Of a DNA stretch of 64,000 nt, positions 36,555-47,378 are shown piece by piece (position 1 is the stretch's first letter; each line of letters starts with the position of its first letter). The notes beneath the pieces are model-generated. The model worked only from the letters and a program-made list of their open reading frames with translations. It had not been told where the DNA came from and made no database searches. This stretch comes from Candidatus Sulfotelmatobacter sp. GTDB lineage: Bacteria; Acidobacteriota; Terriglobia; Acidiferrales; UBA7541. The translations under genes and the position numbers were made by a program. The stretch spans positions 169,072-233,071 of the forward strand of contig DATMPA010000022.1 of the NCBI GenBank assembly GCA_035567915.1, read 5' to 3'.

Positions 36555-38228
36555 ATGCGCCATCCCGGTCCGCGCCCCTCTCTGAGCTTTGTCGCTCTCA
36601 CGATTTCCGTCTTCTTCGGTAGCTCTGCTCTTCACGCGCAAGATGGGCCCGTTTCGCAGCAGCCTTCGCAAAATCCCAAGATCGCCCCCACAAATAAAAA
36701 GCAACGGAAGAAAGCAAAAGATGAACTCGCCTATCAGTATGGCGAGTGGCTGAGCGAGGAAGTCCCCATCATCATCACCAAAGAGGAGAAAGACGCTTTT
36801 CTCCGTCTCGGCACGAATGAAGAACGCGAACAATTCATCGAAGACTTTTGGCGCCGCCGTAATCCTGATCCGGATTCCCCCACCAATTCTTTCAAGGAAG
36901 AGCACTACCGCCGCATTGCCTACGCCAACGAACACTTCGCTTCCGGCATTCCTGGCTGGAGAACCGATCGCGGCCACATCTACATTCTTTGGGGACCTCC
37001 TGACGAAATCGAATCCCATCCGACCGGCGGCACTTATGACCGTCCCATGTGGCAGGGAGGTGGTTCGACGCAGACTTACAGCTGGGAACTCTGGCGCTAC
37101 CGCCACCTCGAAGGAATCAGTGACAACGTCGAACTCGAATTCGTGGACCCGAGCGGCAGTGGTGAGTATCACCTCACGCGTGATCCTGGCGAAAAAGACG
37201 CGCTTGCCCACGTCCCTGGCGCTGGATCAAGCCTCAGCGAAATGCTCTATGGCGCCTCCAAAGCCCAGCGGTTTTCCAATTCCAACGGCACCACGCTGCC
37301 TGCTCCCATCGGGGGAGTTCCCTCCGACAAAAGCGAATTTGCGATGAACGATCTCTATTTCCGCGTAATGCAGCCGCCCGAACATCTGAAGGACATGACC
37401 ACACTCGTTTCCACGCGCATGCTTAGCAACCCGATGCAGGTCGCTTACGACGTTGCGTATTTGCGCGTCACCAGTGATTCGATTCTCGTTCCCATCACGC
37501 TTCAGGTTCCCAATCGTGAAATGGGCTTCCGCGGAAAGAACGGGGTTCAGTCCGCGGTGCTCAACGTGTATGCGCGCATCACGACTCCCGGCGGCCGCCT
37601 AGTGCAATCCTTCGAAGACACTGTTGCTCGTGATTTTCCCGAATCGCTCTTTCAGAAATCGCTAGATCAATCTTCCATCTATCAAAAATCCGTTCCGCTG
37701 CATCCTGGCCTCTATCGCCTCGACGTTGTAGTCAAAGACGTCGAAACGGGAAACATCGGTGTCATCGAAACTTCACTCCGCGTTCCTCAATATGAAGAAG
37801 GTGTGCTAAACGCCAGCTCACTCGTTCTCGCCGACAAAATCGAATCTGTCCCTTCCGGTCAAGTCGGCCTTGGTCCATTCGTTTTTGGTCCGTACAAAGT
37901 ACGCCCACGCCTCTCGCACGTTTTCACCAACCCTGATAATCTCGGCATTTTCATGCAACTCTACAGCCTGAAACTCGACGAGATCTTTCACCAAACAAGC
38001 GTAAGCGCCACGTACCGACTCCTGCGCGACAAAAAGGAAATCTGGAGCTCCACGGAAACTTCCGGCTCCATCCGCCGCGACGGCGAACAAGTCACTCTCA
38101 ATCGTCGCCTTCCGCTAGCTGCGTTCGCTCCCGGCAAATACACGCTCGAAATCGAAGTCACTGATCAGATTTCCCGTCAGACTGTGATCCGTACTGCCGA
38201 TTTTGAAATCTCATCCGTGGCTCACTGA
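36555..38228 (+). CDS. GWxTD domain-containing secreted protein
   Basis: Signal peptide. Motif GIPGWRTDRGHIYILWGPPDEIESHP matches the GWxTD signature. Start at ATG 36555 (RBS gaggtg), not the 36351 of the ORF track. Confidence 0.65.
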   Translation: MRHPGPRPSLSFVALTISVFFGSSALHAQDGPVSQQPSQNPKIAPTNKKQRKKAKDELAYQYGEWLSEEVPIIITKEEKDAFLRLGTNEEREQFIEDFWRRRNPDPDSPTNSFKEEHYRRIAYANEHFASGIPGWRTDRGHIYILWGPPDEIESHPTGGTYDRPMWQGGGSTQTYSWELWRYRHLEGISDNVELEFVDPSGSGEYHLTRDPGEKDALAHVPGAGSSLSEMLYGASKAQRFSNSNGTTLPAPIGGVPSDKSEFAMNDLYFRVMQPPEHLKDMTTLVSTRMLSNPMQVAYDVAYLRVTSDSILVPITLQVPNREMGFRGKNGVQSAVLNVYARITTPGGRLVQSFEDTVARDFPESLFQKSLDQSSIYQKSVPLHPGLYRLDVVVKDVETGNIGVIETSLRVPQYEEGVLNASSLVLADKIESVPSGQVGLGPFVFGPYKVRPRLSHVFTNPDNLGIFMQLYSLKLDEIFHQTSVSATYRLLRDKKEIWSSTETSGSIRRDGEQVTLNRRLPLAAFAPGKYTLEIEVTDQISRQTVIRTADFEISSVAH

Positions 38229-38329
38229 GCCCTAAACAACTCGTTGCAATTTTTCTAACGATCCATCACTTGCGTTTTGCCCATATCGTGGCGCTAGAAT
38301 AGGGACTCCTGCCGTCTGCGAGGTGTCCC

Positions 38330-40558
38330 ATGCAAACCGCACTTCTTGGCCGCCGCGAATTTCTCAAAGTCAGCTCCATTGCCGGAGGCGGCATTGTTAT
38401 CTCGTGTTACGCGCGCCCCATCGCTACCGCTCTCGCGCAAGCTCCGGCCGCTGCCGCCGCGCCTGCACCGGCCTTTGCGGCCTCTGCTTTCTTCCGCATC
38501 GCTCCAGACGGCATCGTTACCATCCTCGCGAAGAATCCCGAAGTCGGTCAGGGCGTCAAAACTCACTTGCCAATGATCCTCGCCGACGAACTCGATGTTG
38601 ACTGGAAAAACGTTCGCATCGAGCAAGCCGACCTAGACGAAACGAAATTCGGCCCGCAGCGCGCCGGAGGCAGCACGTCCACTCCTACGAATTGGGATCC
38701 CCTTCGCCGAGTCGGTGCCGCTACGCGCCAAATGTTTGTCACCGCCGCCGCGCAAACTTGGAGCGTTCCTGAATCGGAGTGTTCCACGGCGTCCGGCCGT
38801 GTACTGCACGCCGCATCCAATCGCTCCCTTGGTTATGGCGAACTCACCGCCAAAGTCGCCGCCCTCACTCCTCCTGACTTGCAGTCCGTAAAGCCAAAAG
38901 ATGCCAAGGACTACAAAATCATCGGAAAGCCCACGCGCAGTGTGGATAATCCCGCGATCGTCACCGGAAAATTTTCCTACAGCATTGATTTCAAAGTTCC
39001 CGGTATGCTCTACGCGGTTTTCGAAAAGTGTCCCGTCTTCGCCAGCAAAATCGCCTCCGCTAATGTGGACGAAATCAAAGCTCTTCCCGGCATCCGTCAC
39101 GCATTTGTCATTGACGGCACGCAGGATTTGCTCGGTCTCCATTGCGGCGTCGCGATCGTCGCGGACAGTTGGTGGCAAGCGCAGAATGCGCGCACAAAGC
39201 TGCGCATCACCTGGACCGAAAGCCCCACCACACAGCAAAGCAGCCAGAATTTCGCGCGCCAGGCCGATGAACTTTCCAAAAAGGAACCGGTATTCTTTCT
39301 GCGCAAAGATGGTGATGCGGATGCTGCGTTCAAGTCAGCTGCAAAAGTTGTCGAAGCCGCTTACGCCTATCCATTTCTTGCGCACGCTCCCATGGAGCCG
39401 CAAAACTGTCTCGCGCATTACAAAGATGGCAATCTCGAAATCTGGTCTCCGAGCCAGACTCCCGAACGTGGCCGCCAGCTTGTCGCCGACGTTCTAAAAA
39501 TCCCCGCCGCCAATATCACTGTCCATCTTCGCCGCTGCGGTGGCGGGTTCGGTCGTCGCCTTACCAACGATTACATGGTGGAAGCCGCTGCAATCGCGAA
39601 AGAAGTCGGTGTTCCCGTTAAGCTTCTCTGGACACGCGAAGACGATTTTCACCATGACCACTATCGCCCCATCGGTTTTCACTATCTGAAAGGTGGCGTC
39701 GATTCCTCCGGCAAACTCAGCGCATGGCGAAACCATTTCGTGAGTCTCGGCCAGGAAAAAACGTTCGCTCCTTCCGCCGGGATCGGTCCCAATGAATTTC
39801 CCGCCAGCTTCGTTCCCTCATTCTCTTTCGCGGCATCGCTCATGCCGTCGGGAATTCCCACATACGCTTTGCGCGCTCCCGGCAGCAATGGCTACGCCTG
39901 GGTTTTTCAGTGTTTCCTTGACGAACTCGCCCACGCCGCCGGTCAGGATCCCGTTCAATTCCGTCTTCAGCTATTGAGCGCTCCTCGTATCACAAACGCT
40001 TCCACCGCTTCTCCCGCAGGCACACCCGAATTCGATCCGATTCGCATGCGCGGCGTACTCGAACTCGTCGCGCGCGAATCGCAATGGGGCAAGCGCACTT
40101 TACCCAAAGGCACTGGTATGGGCGTGGGATTTCATTTCTCGCACCGCGGCCATTTTGCCGGAGTCGCTTTGCTCCACGTGGATTCCGCGAAAAAAGTAAA
40201 AGCCGAAAAAGTCTGGATCGCTGGCGACATCGGTAGTCAGATCATCAATCCGCTCAACGCGGAAAATCAGACGCAAGGCGCCGTCATCGAAGCGCTAAGT
40301 CAGTTGATGGCCCAAGAAATCACTATCGACGGCGGACGCGCTGTGCAAAGCAATTTCAATGAATATGAACCCGTCCGCATTTCCAAAGCGCCGCCTGAAG
40401 TTTCCGTTCATTATCTGAAAACGGAAAATTCTCCGACCGGCCTAGGCGAGCCCGCCCTTCCGCCAATTCTCGGCGCGGTTTGCAACGCAATTTTCGCAGC
40501 CACCGGCGACCGTATCCGCTCGCTGCCACTTTCCAAACACGGTTACTCCTGGGCCTAG
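38330..40558 (+). CDS. Xanthine dehydrogenase/aldehyde oxidase family molybdopterin-binding subunit with Tat signal (IorB-like)
   Basis: Twin-arginine motif [12 protein letters not shown]. 742 aa with the MoCo-binding domain pattern (GGGFGRR). Confidence 0.8.
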   Translation: MQTALLGRREFLKVSSIAGGGIVISCYARPIATALAQAPAAAAAPAPAFAASAFFRIAPDGIVTILAKNPEVGQGVKTHLPMILADELDVDWKNVRIEQADLDETKFGPQRAGGSTSTPTNWDPLRRVGAATRQMFVTAAAQTWSVPESECSTASGRVLHAASNRSLGYGELTAKVAALTPPDLQSVKPKDAKDYKIIGKPTRSVDNPAIVTGKFSYSIDFKVPGMLYAVFEKCPVFASKIASANVDEIKALPGIRHAFVIDGTQDLLGLHCGVAIVADSWWQAQNARTKLRITWTESPTTQQSSQNFARQADELSKKEPVFFLRKDGDADAAFKSAAKVVEAAYAYPFLAHAPMEPQNCLAHYKDGNLEIWSPSQTPERGRQLVADVLKIPAANITVHLRRCGGGFGRRLTNDYMVEAAAIAKEVGVPVKLLWTREDDFHHDHYRPIGFHYLKGGVDSSGKLSAWRNHFVSLGQEKTFAPSAGIGPNEFPASFVPSFSFAASLMPSGIPTYALRAPGSNGYAWVFQCFLDELAHAAGQDPVQFRLQLLSAPRITNASTASPAGTPEFDPIRMRGVLELVARESQWGKRTLPKGTGMGVGFHFSHRGHFAGVALLHVDSAKKVKAEKVWIAGDIGSQIINPLNAENQTQGAVIEALSQLMAQEITIDGGRAVQSNFNEYEPVRISKAPPEVSVHYLKTENSPTGLGEPALPPILGAVCNAIFAATGDRIRSLPLSKHGYSWA

Positions 40559-40672
40559 CCAAACTCTTCGCAATTTCCACCCGAATCGTCATTCCGAGGG
40601 CGGTTTTTGCCCAAGGATTCTGCTTTTCTCTGATTTTGGCTCATCTCGCAACTGTGCTACCGTTTTCTGTTT

Positions 40673-41278
40673 ATGAAGAAGCGCATAGGCGTGCTCTTAA
40701 GCGGCCGCGGCTCGAACTTTGAGGCACTTGCTGATTCCGTTGCGGCAGGCCGCATTCCCAATGCGGGAATTGCGCTTGTCATTAGCAATCGTGAGGCTGT
40801 CGTAGGAATCGAGCGCGCCAAATCGCGTGGACTTGCCGCACTCGTGATTCCGTCCAAAGGACTCGAACGCGAAGCGTACGATCGCCTCGTTGTTGCCGCG
40901 CTGAACGAAGCGAAAGTGGATCTGGTTTGTCTTGCGGGCTACATGCGCTTGCTTTCGCCGTATTTTGTTGCTGCATTTCCGCAGAGAATTTTGAATATTC
41001 ATCCATCCCTGTTGCCATCTTTTCCCGGACTCGAAGCGCAGAAACAAGCGTTGGACTACGGAGCGAAATTCGCGGGGTGCACGGTGCACTTTGTGGATGA
41101 GAATCTGGACGCGGGGCCGATCATTTTGCAGTCTGTCGTGCCGGTGGAAGACGGCGACACGGAAGAAATCCTTTCAGCGCGCATCCTGAAAGAAGAACAC
41201 CGGATATACTCCGAAGCTGTGAAACTTGTGCTCGAAGGGAAATACAAAATTGTCGGGCGGCGTGTTGTACGCTCATGA
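40673..41278 (+). CDS. purN: Phosphoribosylglycinamide formyltransferase
   Basis: IGVLLSGRGSNFEAL...NIHPSLLPSFPG...D conserved GAR Tfase motifs. Confidence 0.85.
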   Translation: MKKRIGVLLSGRGSNFEALADSVAAGRIPNAGIALVISNREAVVGIERAKSRGLAALVIPSKGLEREAYDRLVVAALNEAKVDLVCLAGYMRLLSPYFVAAFPQRILNIHPSLLPSFPGLEAQKQALDYGAKFAGCTVHFVDENLDAGPIILQSVVPVEDGDTEEILSARILKEEHRIYSEAVKLVLEGKYKIVGRRVVRS

Positions 41279-41288
41279 ATCATAAACA

Positions 41289-42518
41289 ATGACTCTATCC
41301 TTTAAACCTGTTGCCGAACAGCTCGCCTACTTGAAAAAAGGCGTGGCGGAAATTATTCGCGAGGAGGAATTACGCGCGCGGCTCGAAAAATCTTTTCAAT
41401 CTGGAAAACCGCTTCGCGTTTATCTCGGCGTGGATCCAACCGCGCCGGACATTCATCTTGGCCACACCGTCGTTTTGCGGAAGCTGAAACATTTTCAGGA
41501 CATGGGCCACACCGCCATTTTCCTGATCGGCGATTTCTCCGCCATGATTGGCGATCCCACGGGCCGTTCCGAAACCCGTCCGCCGCTTTCCCGCGAGGAA
41601 GTGGACGCCAACGCGAAAACGTATCTCGAACAAGTTTTCAAAATTCTCGATCCGCAAAAAACCGAAGTCCGCTACAACAGCGAATGGCTCGACAAACTTT
41701 CAAGCGCGGAAGTCGTAAAACTTTGCGCCCACTACCGACTGGCCCGCATGCTCGAACGCGAAGATTTTCGTTCGCGCCTCGAAAACGAGCAGCCAATTTC
41801 CGTTCACGAACTTCTTTATCCTCTGCTCACCGCCTATGACGCCGTGGCGCTCAAATCCGACCTCGAACTCGGGGCGACAGAGCAGAAATTCAATCTGCTC
41901 GTGCACCGCGAAATTCAGCGCGAGTACGGCCTCGAAGGCGAAGTCTGCGTCACGATGCCGATTCTCGTCGGGCTCGACGGCTCGCGAAAAATGTCCAAGA
42001 GCTTCGGCAATTACGTCGGCATCACCGAAGCACCAGCGGAGATTTTCGGGAAAATGATGTCCATTCCCGACGATCTCATGTGGTCCTACTACGAACTCGT
42101 CACCGACCGCACTCCTGAAGAAATCGTGGCGCTGAAGAACGAGGTTTCTTCCGGCAAGCTGCATCCGATGGACGCGAAGATGAAGCTTGCGACCGAAGTC
42201 GTCTCCGGCTTCCACGGCGCGGACGCCGGCAAGAAAGCCGCCGAGAATTTCCAACGCGTCTTCCGCGACCGCGAAGCTCCGGTGGAAGTGCCCGTGAAAA
42301 AGATTCCGCGCGGACCTGCCAAGAAACTAATCGCGCTGCTCGTCGAGCTAAATCTGGCTCCTTCCAAGAGCGAGGCGGAACGGCTCATCAAGCAAAAGGG
42401 TGTTGAGATCAACGAAACGCCTGTCGAAGACTTCCGTAAAGAGATTGATCTCTCGCACCCGGGTGAATTCCTGATTCGTGCGGGCAAGAAGAAATTTCTT
42501 CGCATCGTCATTGAATAA
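41289..42518 (+). CDS. tyrS: Tyrosine--tRNA ligase
   Basis: HIGH-like HLGH and KMSKS motifs. C-terminal S4 domain. Confidence 0.9.
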   Translation: MTLSFKPVAEQLAYLKKGVAEIIREEELRARLEKSFQSGKPLRVYLGVDPTAPDIHLGHTVVLRKLKHFQDMGHTAIFLIGDFSAMIGDPTGRSETRPPLSREEVDANAKTYLEQVFKILDPQKTEVRYNSEWLDKLSSAEVVKLCAHYRLARMLEREDFRSRLENEQPISVHELLYPLLTAYDAVALKSDLELGATEQKFNLLVHREIQREYGLEGEVCVTMPILVGLDGSRKMSKSFGNYVGITEAPAEIFGKMMSIPDDLMWSYYELVTDRTPEEIVALKNEVSSGKLHPMDAKMKLATEVVSGFHGADAGKKAAENFQRVFRDREAPVEVPVKKIPRGPAKKLIALLVELNLAPSKSEAERLIKQKGVEINETPVEDFRKEIDLSHPGEFLIRAGKKKFLRIVIE

Positions 42519-42521
42519 TTC

Positions 42522-43649
42522 TCAATTCAGAATTTCAGACACCAACTGCGCAACGTGTTGCGCGATCGAAGGCGCGGCGGTGAGGCCGGGGGACTCGATG
42601 CCGACGAGATGAATCGCTTGCGGCACGGTGGCGTCGCGGGTGATTACAAAATCGGCGATGCCGTGACCGCCCGGAGGAACCAGCTTCGGCCGCAGCCCGG
42701 AATAACCTAGCTGCAGGTCTTTTTCTTCAATTTCCGGCAAGAGAGATTTGGCACTGTGCACAAAATCAGAAATCGGTAAGCGGTCTTTTTCGTAATTGTC
42801 CTTGCGATCCACATACGTTGCCGTCGGGCCCACCAGAAACGTTCCCCATAAAGTCTTCGTGAAGTGCACGCCGAGACTGAGTCCATCTGCATGCGGCAGC
42901 GGGTAAACGAGATTGTCGACGAGCGCCGAGCGCGGGCCGCGCACCTCGCAGTATTCGCCACGCACGGGATAAATCTTCCAGGAATGATTCCCTAGCAAGG
43001 CCGCGACTTCGTCGGCGTAAAGTCCCGCGGCGTTGATGACGCAACGCGCTTCAATTGTTTCCGCCTGCGAATCTTCTTCGTCACCGATACGCAAAGCCAC
43101 GCGAATGGTTTGGCCGCTCGGCTTAAGTGAAGTTACTTTCGCGCGATTAACAATGTGCGCGCCCTGATTGGTGGCGAGACGCGCGTAAGCATGGACGAGC
43201 GCTTCGGCGGAGACGATGCCGGTCGAGGGCACGTCCAGCGCGGCGTGGCCTCGGATGTGCGGCTCGCGCTTGCGAATTTCACCGGCGTCAATCAGGCGCA
43301 GGCTTTCGACTCCGTTGTCCTCGCCGCGTTTCTTGAGTACGAGAAGTTCAGCTTCCTCCTGTGCGTCGGCGGCCACAACGAGTTTTCCGCAGTGGCGGAA
43401 AGGAACGTTGTGCTTAACGCAAAATTCGTACGTCAGCCGGTTGCCTTCGACGCAGTAGCGGGCCTTCAGCGAATTCTTCGGATAATAAATTCCCGAATGA
43501 ATGACGCCGCTGTTGCGCGTGCTGGTCGCCATGCCGAGCTTGGGAAATTGCTCGACGAGAAAAACGTCCTGCCAGCGTTGCGAAACGGCGCGGGCGATAG
43601 CGCAGCCGACGACGCCACCGCCGATGATTAGGAGATTGGCCTGGTCCAT
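42522..43649 (-). CDS. FAD-dependent L-2-hydroxyglutarate oxidase/dehydrogenase-like oxidoreductase
   Basis: N-terminal Rossmann IIGGGVVGCAIA. DAO-family architecture similar to LhgO/YgaF. Confidence 0.65.
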   Translation of the reverse strand: MDQANLLIIGGGVVGCAIARAVSQRWQDVFLVEQFPKLGMATSTRNSGVIHSGIYYPKNSLKARYCVEGNRLTYEFCVKHNVPFRHCGKLVVAADAQEEAELLVLKKRGEDNGVESLRLIDAGEIRKREPHIRGHAALDVPSTGIVSAEALVHAYARLATNQGAHIVNRAKVTSLKPSGQTIRVALRIGDEEDSQAETIEARCVINAAGLYADEVAALLGNHSWKIYPVRGEYCEVRGPRSALVDNLVYPLPHADGLSLGVHFTKTLWGTFLVGPTATYVDRKDNYEKDRLPISDFVHSAKSLLPEIEEKDLQLGYSGLRPKLVPPGGHGIADFVITRDATVPQAIHLVGIESPGLTAAPSIAQHVAQLVSEILN

Positions 43650-43710
43650 TGTTTAAAAAGCAGATTCCTCTCCGCGCTTCGCTCCGTTCGGACTGACAGC
43701 GAGAAACAAG

Positions 43711-44874
43711 TTATTGATCTCCTCCGACTTCGTCGAAGTAGGTGGCGCATTCGGTTAATTTGGCTTCGGTGCCGTCGTGAACGGCGTACATGGCGCGCTT
43801 GCCCGCTTCGTAGCCATTGCGCCAGAGGGAGGCGGCGCCGTGCGCTCCGTCTTTGTTCAGCGCGTAGAAATAGATGTGGAAGGTGCCGAGTCTTTTTTTG
43901 TCGTTCTTGTAGTGACGCGAGATACGAGCGCAGGCTTCGAGGCAAGCGTCGGTCGGCGATTTTCCCTGGCGCATCATTTCAATGATGGTGTGGCCGCCGG
44001 AAATTTTGATATTTTCCTCTCCCTTGCCCGTGGAGCCTGCCGCGCCAACTTCATTATCCACGCAGCATCCCGCGCCGATGATCGGCGAATCGCCTACGCG
44101 ACCGGGAATTTTCCACGAGAGCCCCGAGGTCGTGGTGGTTGCGGAAACGTCCCCCTTGGCGTCCACCGCCATGCAGGGGATGGTCCCGGTCGGCGGATCG
44201 AGAATTACCGAGACGGCGCGCGCCAAAAGCGTCTGCTCCTCGGGCGAATCACCGAACATCGGCGCGAGATGCTCGCGCAAAGCGGCTTTGGACTTCCATT
44301 CCGGACTGTCCGATCCCGGGCGCCAGTTGAAGGACGTGGCGGCTTTCCACGCGAGCCAGATTTTGCGCGAATGTTCGGTGAGGAGATTCTGCTCCTCGAA
44401 GCCTTCCGCGACGGCGAAGCGGCGCGCGCCATCGCCGACGATCATCACGTGATTGGTGCGCTCCATCACGGTTTTCGCGAGCTTCGCTACGTTCTTGATG
44501 CGGCGCACACTGGCGACCGAACCTGCGCGCGCGGTGGGCCCGTGCATGCAGCTTGCGTCGAGCTCGACTTCGCCTTCTTCGTTGGGCAGGCCGCCGTAGC
44601 CGACAGAATCGTCGTTGGGATCGTCCTCGACGACGGTGACAACGGAGACTGCCGCGTCAAGGGTGTCTCCGCCGGCTTTCAAAATGTCCATGCCCTTTTG
44701 CAGCGCCTTCACGCCGTTTGCACTGGACATGATGAGCGGGCGTTTGTCTTGCGCGGCGGGGAGCGAGGAGACTCCGAGCGACGATGGAGCCGCCCCGAAA
44801 AGCTTTGTGCTGCCGGCGGCGGCGGTTCCTGCTAGTGAAGTTAAGAAGAATTTGCGGCGTGACCAGAGATTCAT
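43711..44874 (-). CDS. Ntn-hydrolase isoaspartyl peptidase / L-asparaginase (glycosylasparaginase-like) with Tat/Sec signal
   Basis: N-terminal RRKFFLTSLAGTAAAGS. Asparaginase_2 family core with the autoproteolytic region (...VSATTTTSGLSWKIPGRVGDSPIIGAG). Confidence 0.75.
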   Translation of the reverse strand: MNLWSRRKFFLTSLAGTAAAGSTKLFGAAPSSLGVSSLPAAQDKRPLIMSSANGVKALQKGMDILKAGGDTLDAAVSVVTVVEDDPNDDSVGYGGLPNEEGEVELDASCMHGPTARAGSVASVRRIKNVAKLAKTVMERTNHVMIVGDGARRFAVAEGFEEQNLLTEHSRKIWLAWKAATSFNWRPGSDSPEWKSKAALREHLAPMFGDSPEEQTLLARAVSVILDPPTGTIPCMAVDAKGDVSATTTTSGLSWKIPGRVGDSPIIGAGCCVDNEVGAAGSTGKGEENIKISGGHTIIEMMRQGKSPTDACLEACARISRHYKNDKKRLGTFHIYFYALNKDGAHGAASLWRNGYEAGKRAMYAVHDGTEAKLTECATYFDEVGGDQ

Positions 44875-45152
44875 GAGTGTTCCCCTCTCTTGTGAACGGA
44901 CGGGCCAATATACAGGCCGAGAGAGGAAGTGGGAAGAGGAGGACGGGATGCCGGGACAGTCTGTTCCAAAACGGGAAGAGTTGCGGTGGGACTGTGCTAT
45001 GGCGAGACCCCACGGGAAAGCAAAATCGAATCTTGAAGCGTCAAGCAGTGGGGATACTGTAGGGACTCAAATGAACAAGGCAATCGTCGTTATTCTGGAT
45101 TCAAGCTTGGAGAATTGAGAATTCTCGTTTCGAAGTCCACTACACATCTGTG

Positions 45153-45986
45153 CTATCTACTCCTCTTTTTTGCACGTGGATCTGGAAGCAGTCTGATGAA
45201 TGTCTCGAGGACAGTTTTAGCCGCTTGTTTCGGTTGAAGCGAGAGGGATAGCGCCGTTCCTGAGACCAGAAGTGGGGAGATATCCTGGCGGAAAACTGGA
45301 TCGGACAACTTTTCGCGAAGGTTTGCTTCGAACTGGATGCGGGTGATCCGCGTCCTGTCATGCTCCACGTATTTTAGAAAGCAATGGACGGTTTTTTGCG
45401 GGTCGAAGCCTGGAGACCTTTGCAGCGCAATCGCAAGGTCAAATAAATCCCTGCCCTGTTTGCGCTGGTAGAGGGCCCGCAGCTTGGTTCCTAGCAGTTC
45501 TTCGATAGGATATGTAACGAGTTCAGTGTTTCCTGTGAACCAGGGGTTCGTGACGCCATAGTTTTTCTTTTCATATCCCAACACGGCAAAGTGTTCACGC
45601 GCGTTGATTTCAACTTTGAGACGAAGCGGCGTGATTGGGGGAATCTCAGAGTCGAAGCGGTAGATGAAGGTATTTCTTCCTCGGGATTGTTTTCGACGGG
45701 GTTCGCCAAGGAGCGGGTCAAGCGTTTTGTGCAACGCTTCCATGATTGGTCCAATTGGACCTGCTTCCACTTGAACCAAGTCGATATCTTCGGAATAGCG
45801 CTGTGCTGGCGTTAGAAACAGTTTATGAAGTGCTGTGCCACCACGGAATGCGAGCTGTGCGCGAAGCAAGGAATTGGAGAAAAGTTCCACGATTGTTCGC
45901 GACAGAACCAGGTCCTGCTCGATCTGCGCATCGGTTGACCACGGGGCTGTCCCGCGCCATGCCGTTATGTGCGCGCGTGGAATCAC
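45153..45986 (-). CDS. abiEii: AbiEii/DUF1814 nucleotidyltransferase toxin (type IV TA / abortive infection)
   Basis: FRGGTALHKLF...RYSEDIDLV motifs of the AbiEii NTase family. 4-nt ATGA overlap with the upstream partner. Confidence 0.75.
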   Translation of the reverse strand: MIPRAHITAWRGTAPWSTDAQIEQDLVLSRTIVELFSNSLLRAQLAFRGGTALHKLFLTPAQRYSEDIDLVQVEAGPIGPIMEALHKTLDPLLGEPRRKQSRGRNTFIYRFDSEIPPITPLRLKVEINAREHFAVLGYEKKNYGVTNPWFTGNTELVTYPIEELLGTKLRALYQRKQGRDLFDLAIALQRSPGFDPQKTVHCFLKYVEHDRTRITRIQFEANLREKLSDPVFRQDISPLLVSGTALSLSLQPKQAAKTVLETFIRLLPDPRAKKRSR

Positions 45987-46795
45987 TCTGGCAACTCGAG
46001 AGTATCATTTACGAGAATATTCCAGGGCACTGCTTTTCGCGCCCGCCGAACGCTGCGGCCTTGTTGTAGTTTCACGGGGCGTGGATGGATGGCTTGTATC
46101 CAAGCCGCCAGTGGCTGAGCTTTGGATTTGTCACCAAGCTGATCCATTAAAAAACCGAGTCGTTGTGTAGTAGCCATGTTGTCATCGCGTTGAGCTGCCA
46201 ATAGGAGGCGATCGGCGTCGATCTTTTCTGCGAGTTCTGACAGGATCGTGAGGACGTTGTTCAGGCCCCCCGATTGAGTGGCATATCGGACAAGGTCAAG
46301 TGCGGTGGCTTCTGGTGATGATACTTTCATTGTTCCGGTCTCCGTCTTGATTGGAACGGTCGCGGTACTAGTTATCTTTTTCTTGTGTAGAAATCGAATG
46401 TGTGTTCGTCCGACTGTAGTCGGGCGCTGCTGTACGCCCACCAGGACCTGAAATTCTTGTGGTTGTTGGTGCGCGGCGCCGTGAAGTGCAGCGGCGGATA
46501 GTAAACCAACGTAATAGGAATGGCCTTCGAAATTCATGAATTGGTCGATAAACCAAGATGGAGGGGGTGCGCCAGAGCTCTTATATTCGAGGGGCACAAT
46601 GACGTAGAAGCCCCGCCTGGGAGAAACGAGTCTGCCTTGTTGAGCGAGTCGTCTTGCCGCGTGTTGTAAGGCGACAGGCGATAGTTTTGTGACTTCCAGA
46701 GCTTCCTTTCGGGAAAAGGTATATCGACCAGTCTGCTGCAGGCCATCCACATAAGCAGGAAGGGTTAGAGAGTCATGGCGCTGTTTCATATGCAC
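45983..46795 (-). CDS. abiEi: AbiEi antitoxin/transcriptional regulator (N-terminal wHTH)
   Basis: YTFSRKEALEVTKLSPVALQHAARRLAQQGRLVSPRRGFYVIVP matches the AbiEi N-terminal wHTH signature. Gene pair organisation with AbiEii. Confidence 0.7.
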   Translation of the reverse strand: MHMKQRHDSLTLPAYVDGLQQTGRYTFSRKEALEVTKLSPVALQHAARRLAQQGRLVSPRRGFYVIVPLEYKSSGAPPPSWFIDQFMNFEGHSYYVGLLSAAALHGAAHQQPQEFQVLVGVQQRPTTVGRTHIRFLHKKKITSTATVPIKTETGTMKVSSPEATALDLVRYATQSGGLNNVLTILSELAEKIDADRLLLAAQRDDNMATTQRLGFLMDQLGDKSKAQPLAAWIQAIHPRPVKLQQGRSVRRARKAVPWNILVNDTLELPE

Positions 46796-47378
46796 AAACT
46801 ACCACTTATTGGTCTGTTTTGCATACAGAAATGCACCCATAGGACAAAAGGCGGAAGTGCGATAAGAGATCAGGCTACACATGCGGAAGAATAACGCAGG
46901 GATTTTACTTAGTAATTGAATAACTCAAGAGGTACTAGATTCGAAACTCGTACCTGGGGAAGCAGTTCTAGGTTGTAAGTTTCAAGTTTCGAAGGAAACT
47001 CGCGAAGGGGCGTGGCGCTCAGCCTAGAAGATCTTGAGCGCGAACGGGCGACCTTGCGGCGTTTGGGCTAGCTGGTTGTGGGTTGCTTGATGGCGTCCGT
47101 GACTGCTTGACCGGAGTCGCGACGCGGCGGGGGTAGCTTTGGAGTCTTCTTTTTGGGCTTTCTGATTTCGCGTTTCCGTGCGTTCTTGTTTCCCATGTAT
47201 GCATAATGGCACACTTTCTCGAACTAAGAAATTCTCCATTTGAGAGATGGAGGGCACAGGAATCGCTGCTCCTGCTTTCTTACGAATGCGCCACCCGCCG
47301 CGAACTAGGGTTTTCGTGGCGTCACGGTTTTGTAGCAAATGAGTGCGTCGTAGGAGTCAGCCCAATAGATGAGATTGT

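Noticed and set aside
43777-44835. 352-aa plus-strand ORF antisense to the asparaginase gene
   Set aside because: Low-complexity Arg/Gly/Ala-rich. The opposite strand carries a recognisable Ntn-hydrolase.
46920-46990. tRNA-like hairpins (ggtactagattcgaaactcgtacc; gtttcgaaggaaac)
   Set aside because: Loop lengths and the absence of D/anticodon arms are incompatible with a tRNA cloverleaf. No tRNA genes detected in the window.
47024-47338. 104-aa minus-strand ORF in the AbiE-adjacent intergenic region
   Set aside because: No RBS, composition unlike neighbours. Overlaps the better (but still weak) 42-codon basic ORF. Treated as non-coding.
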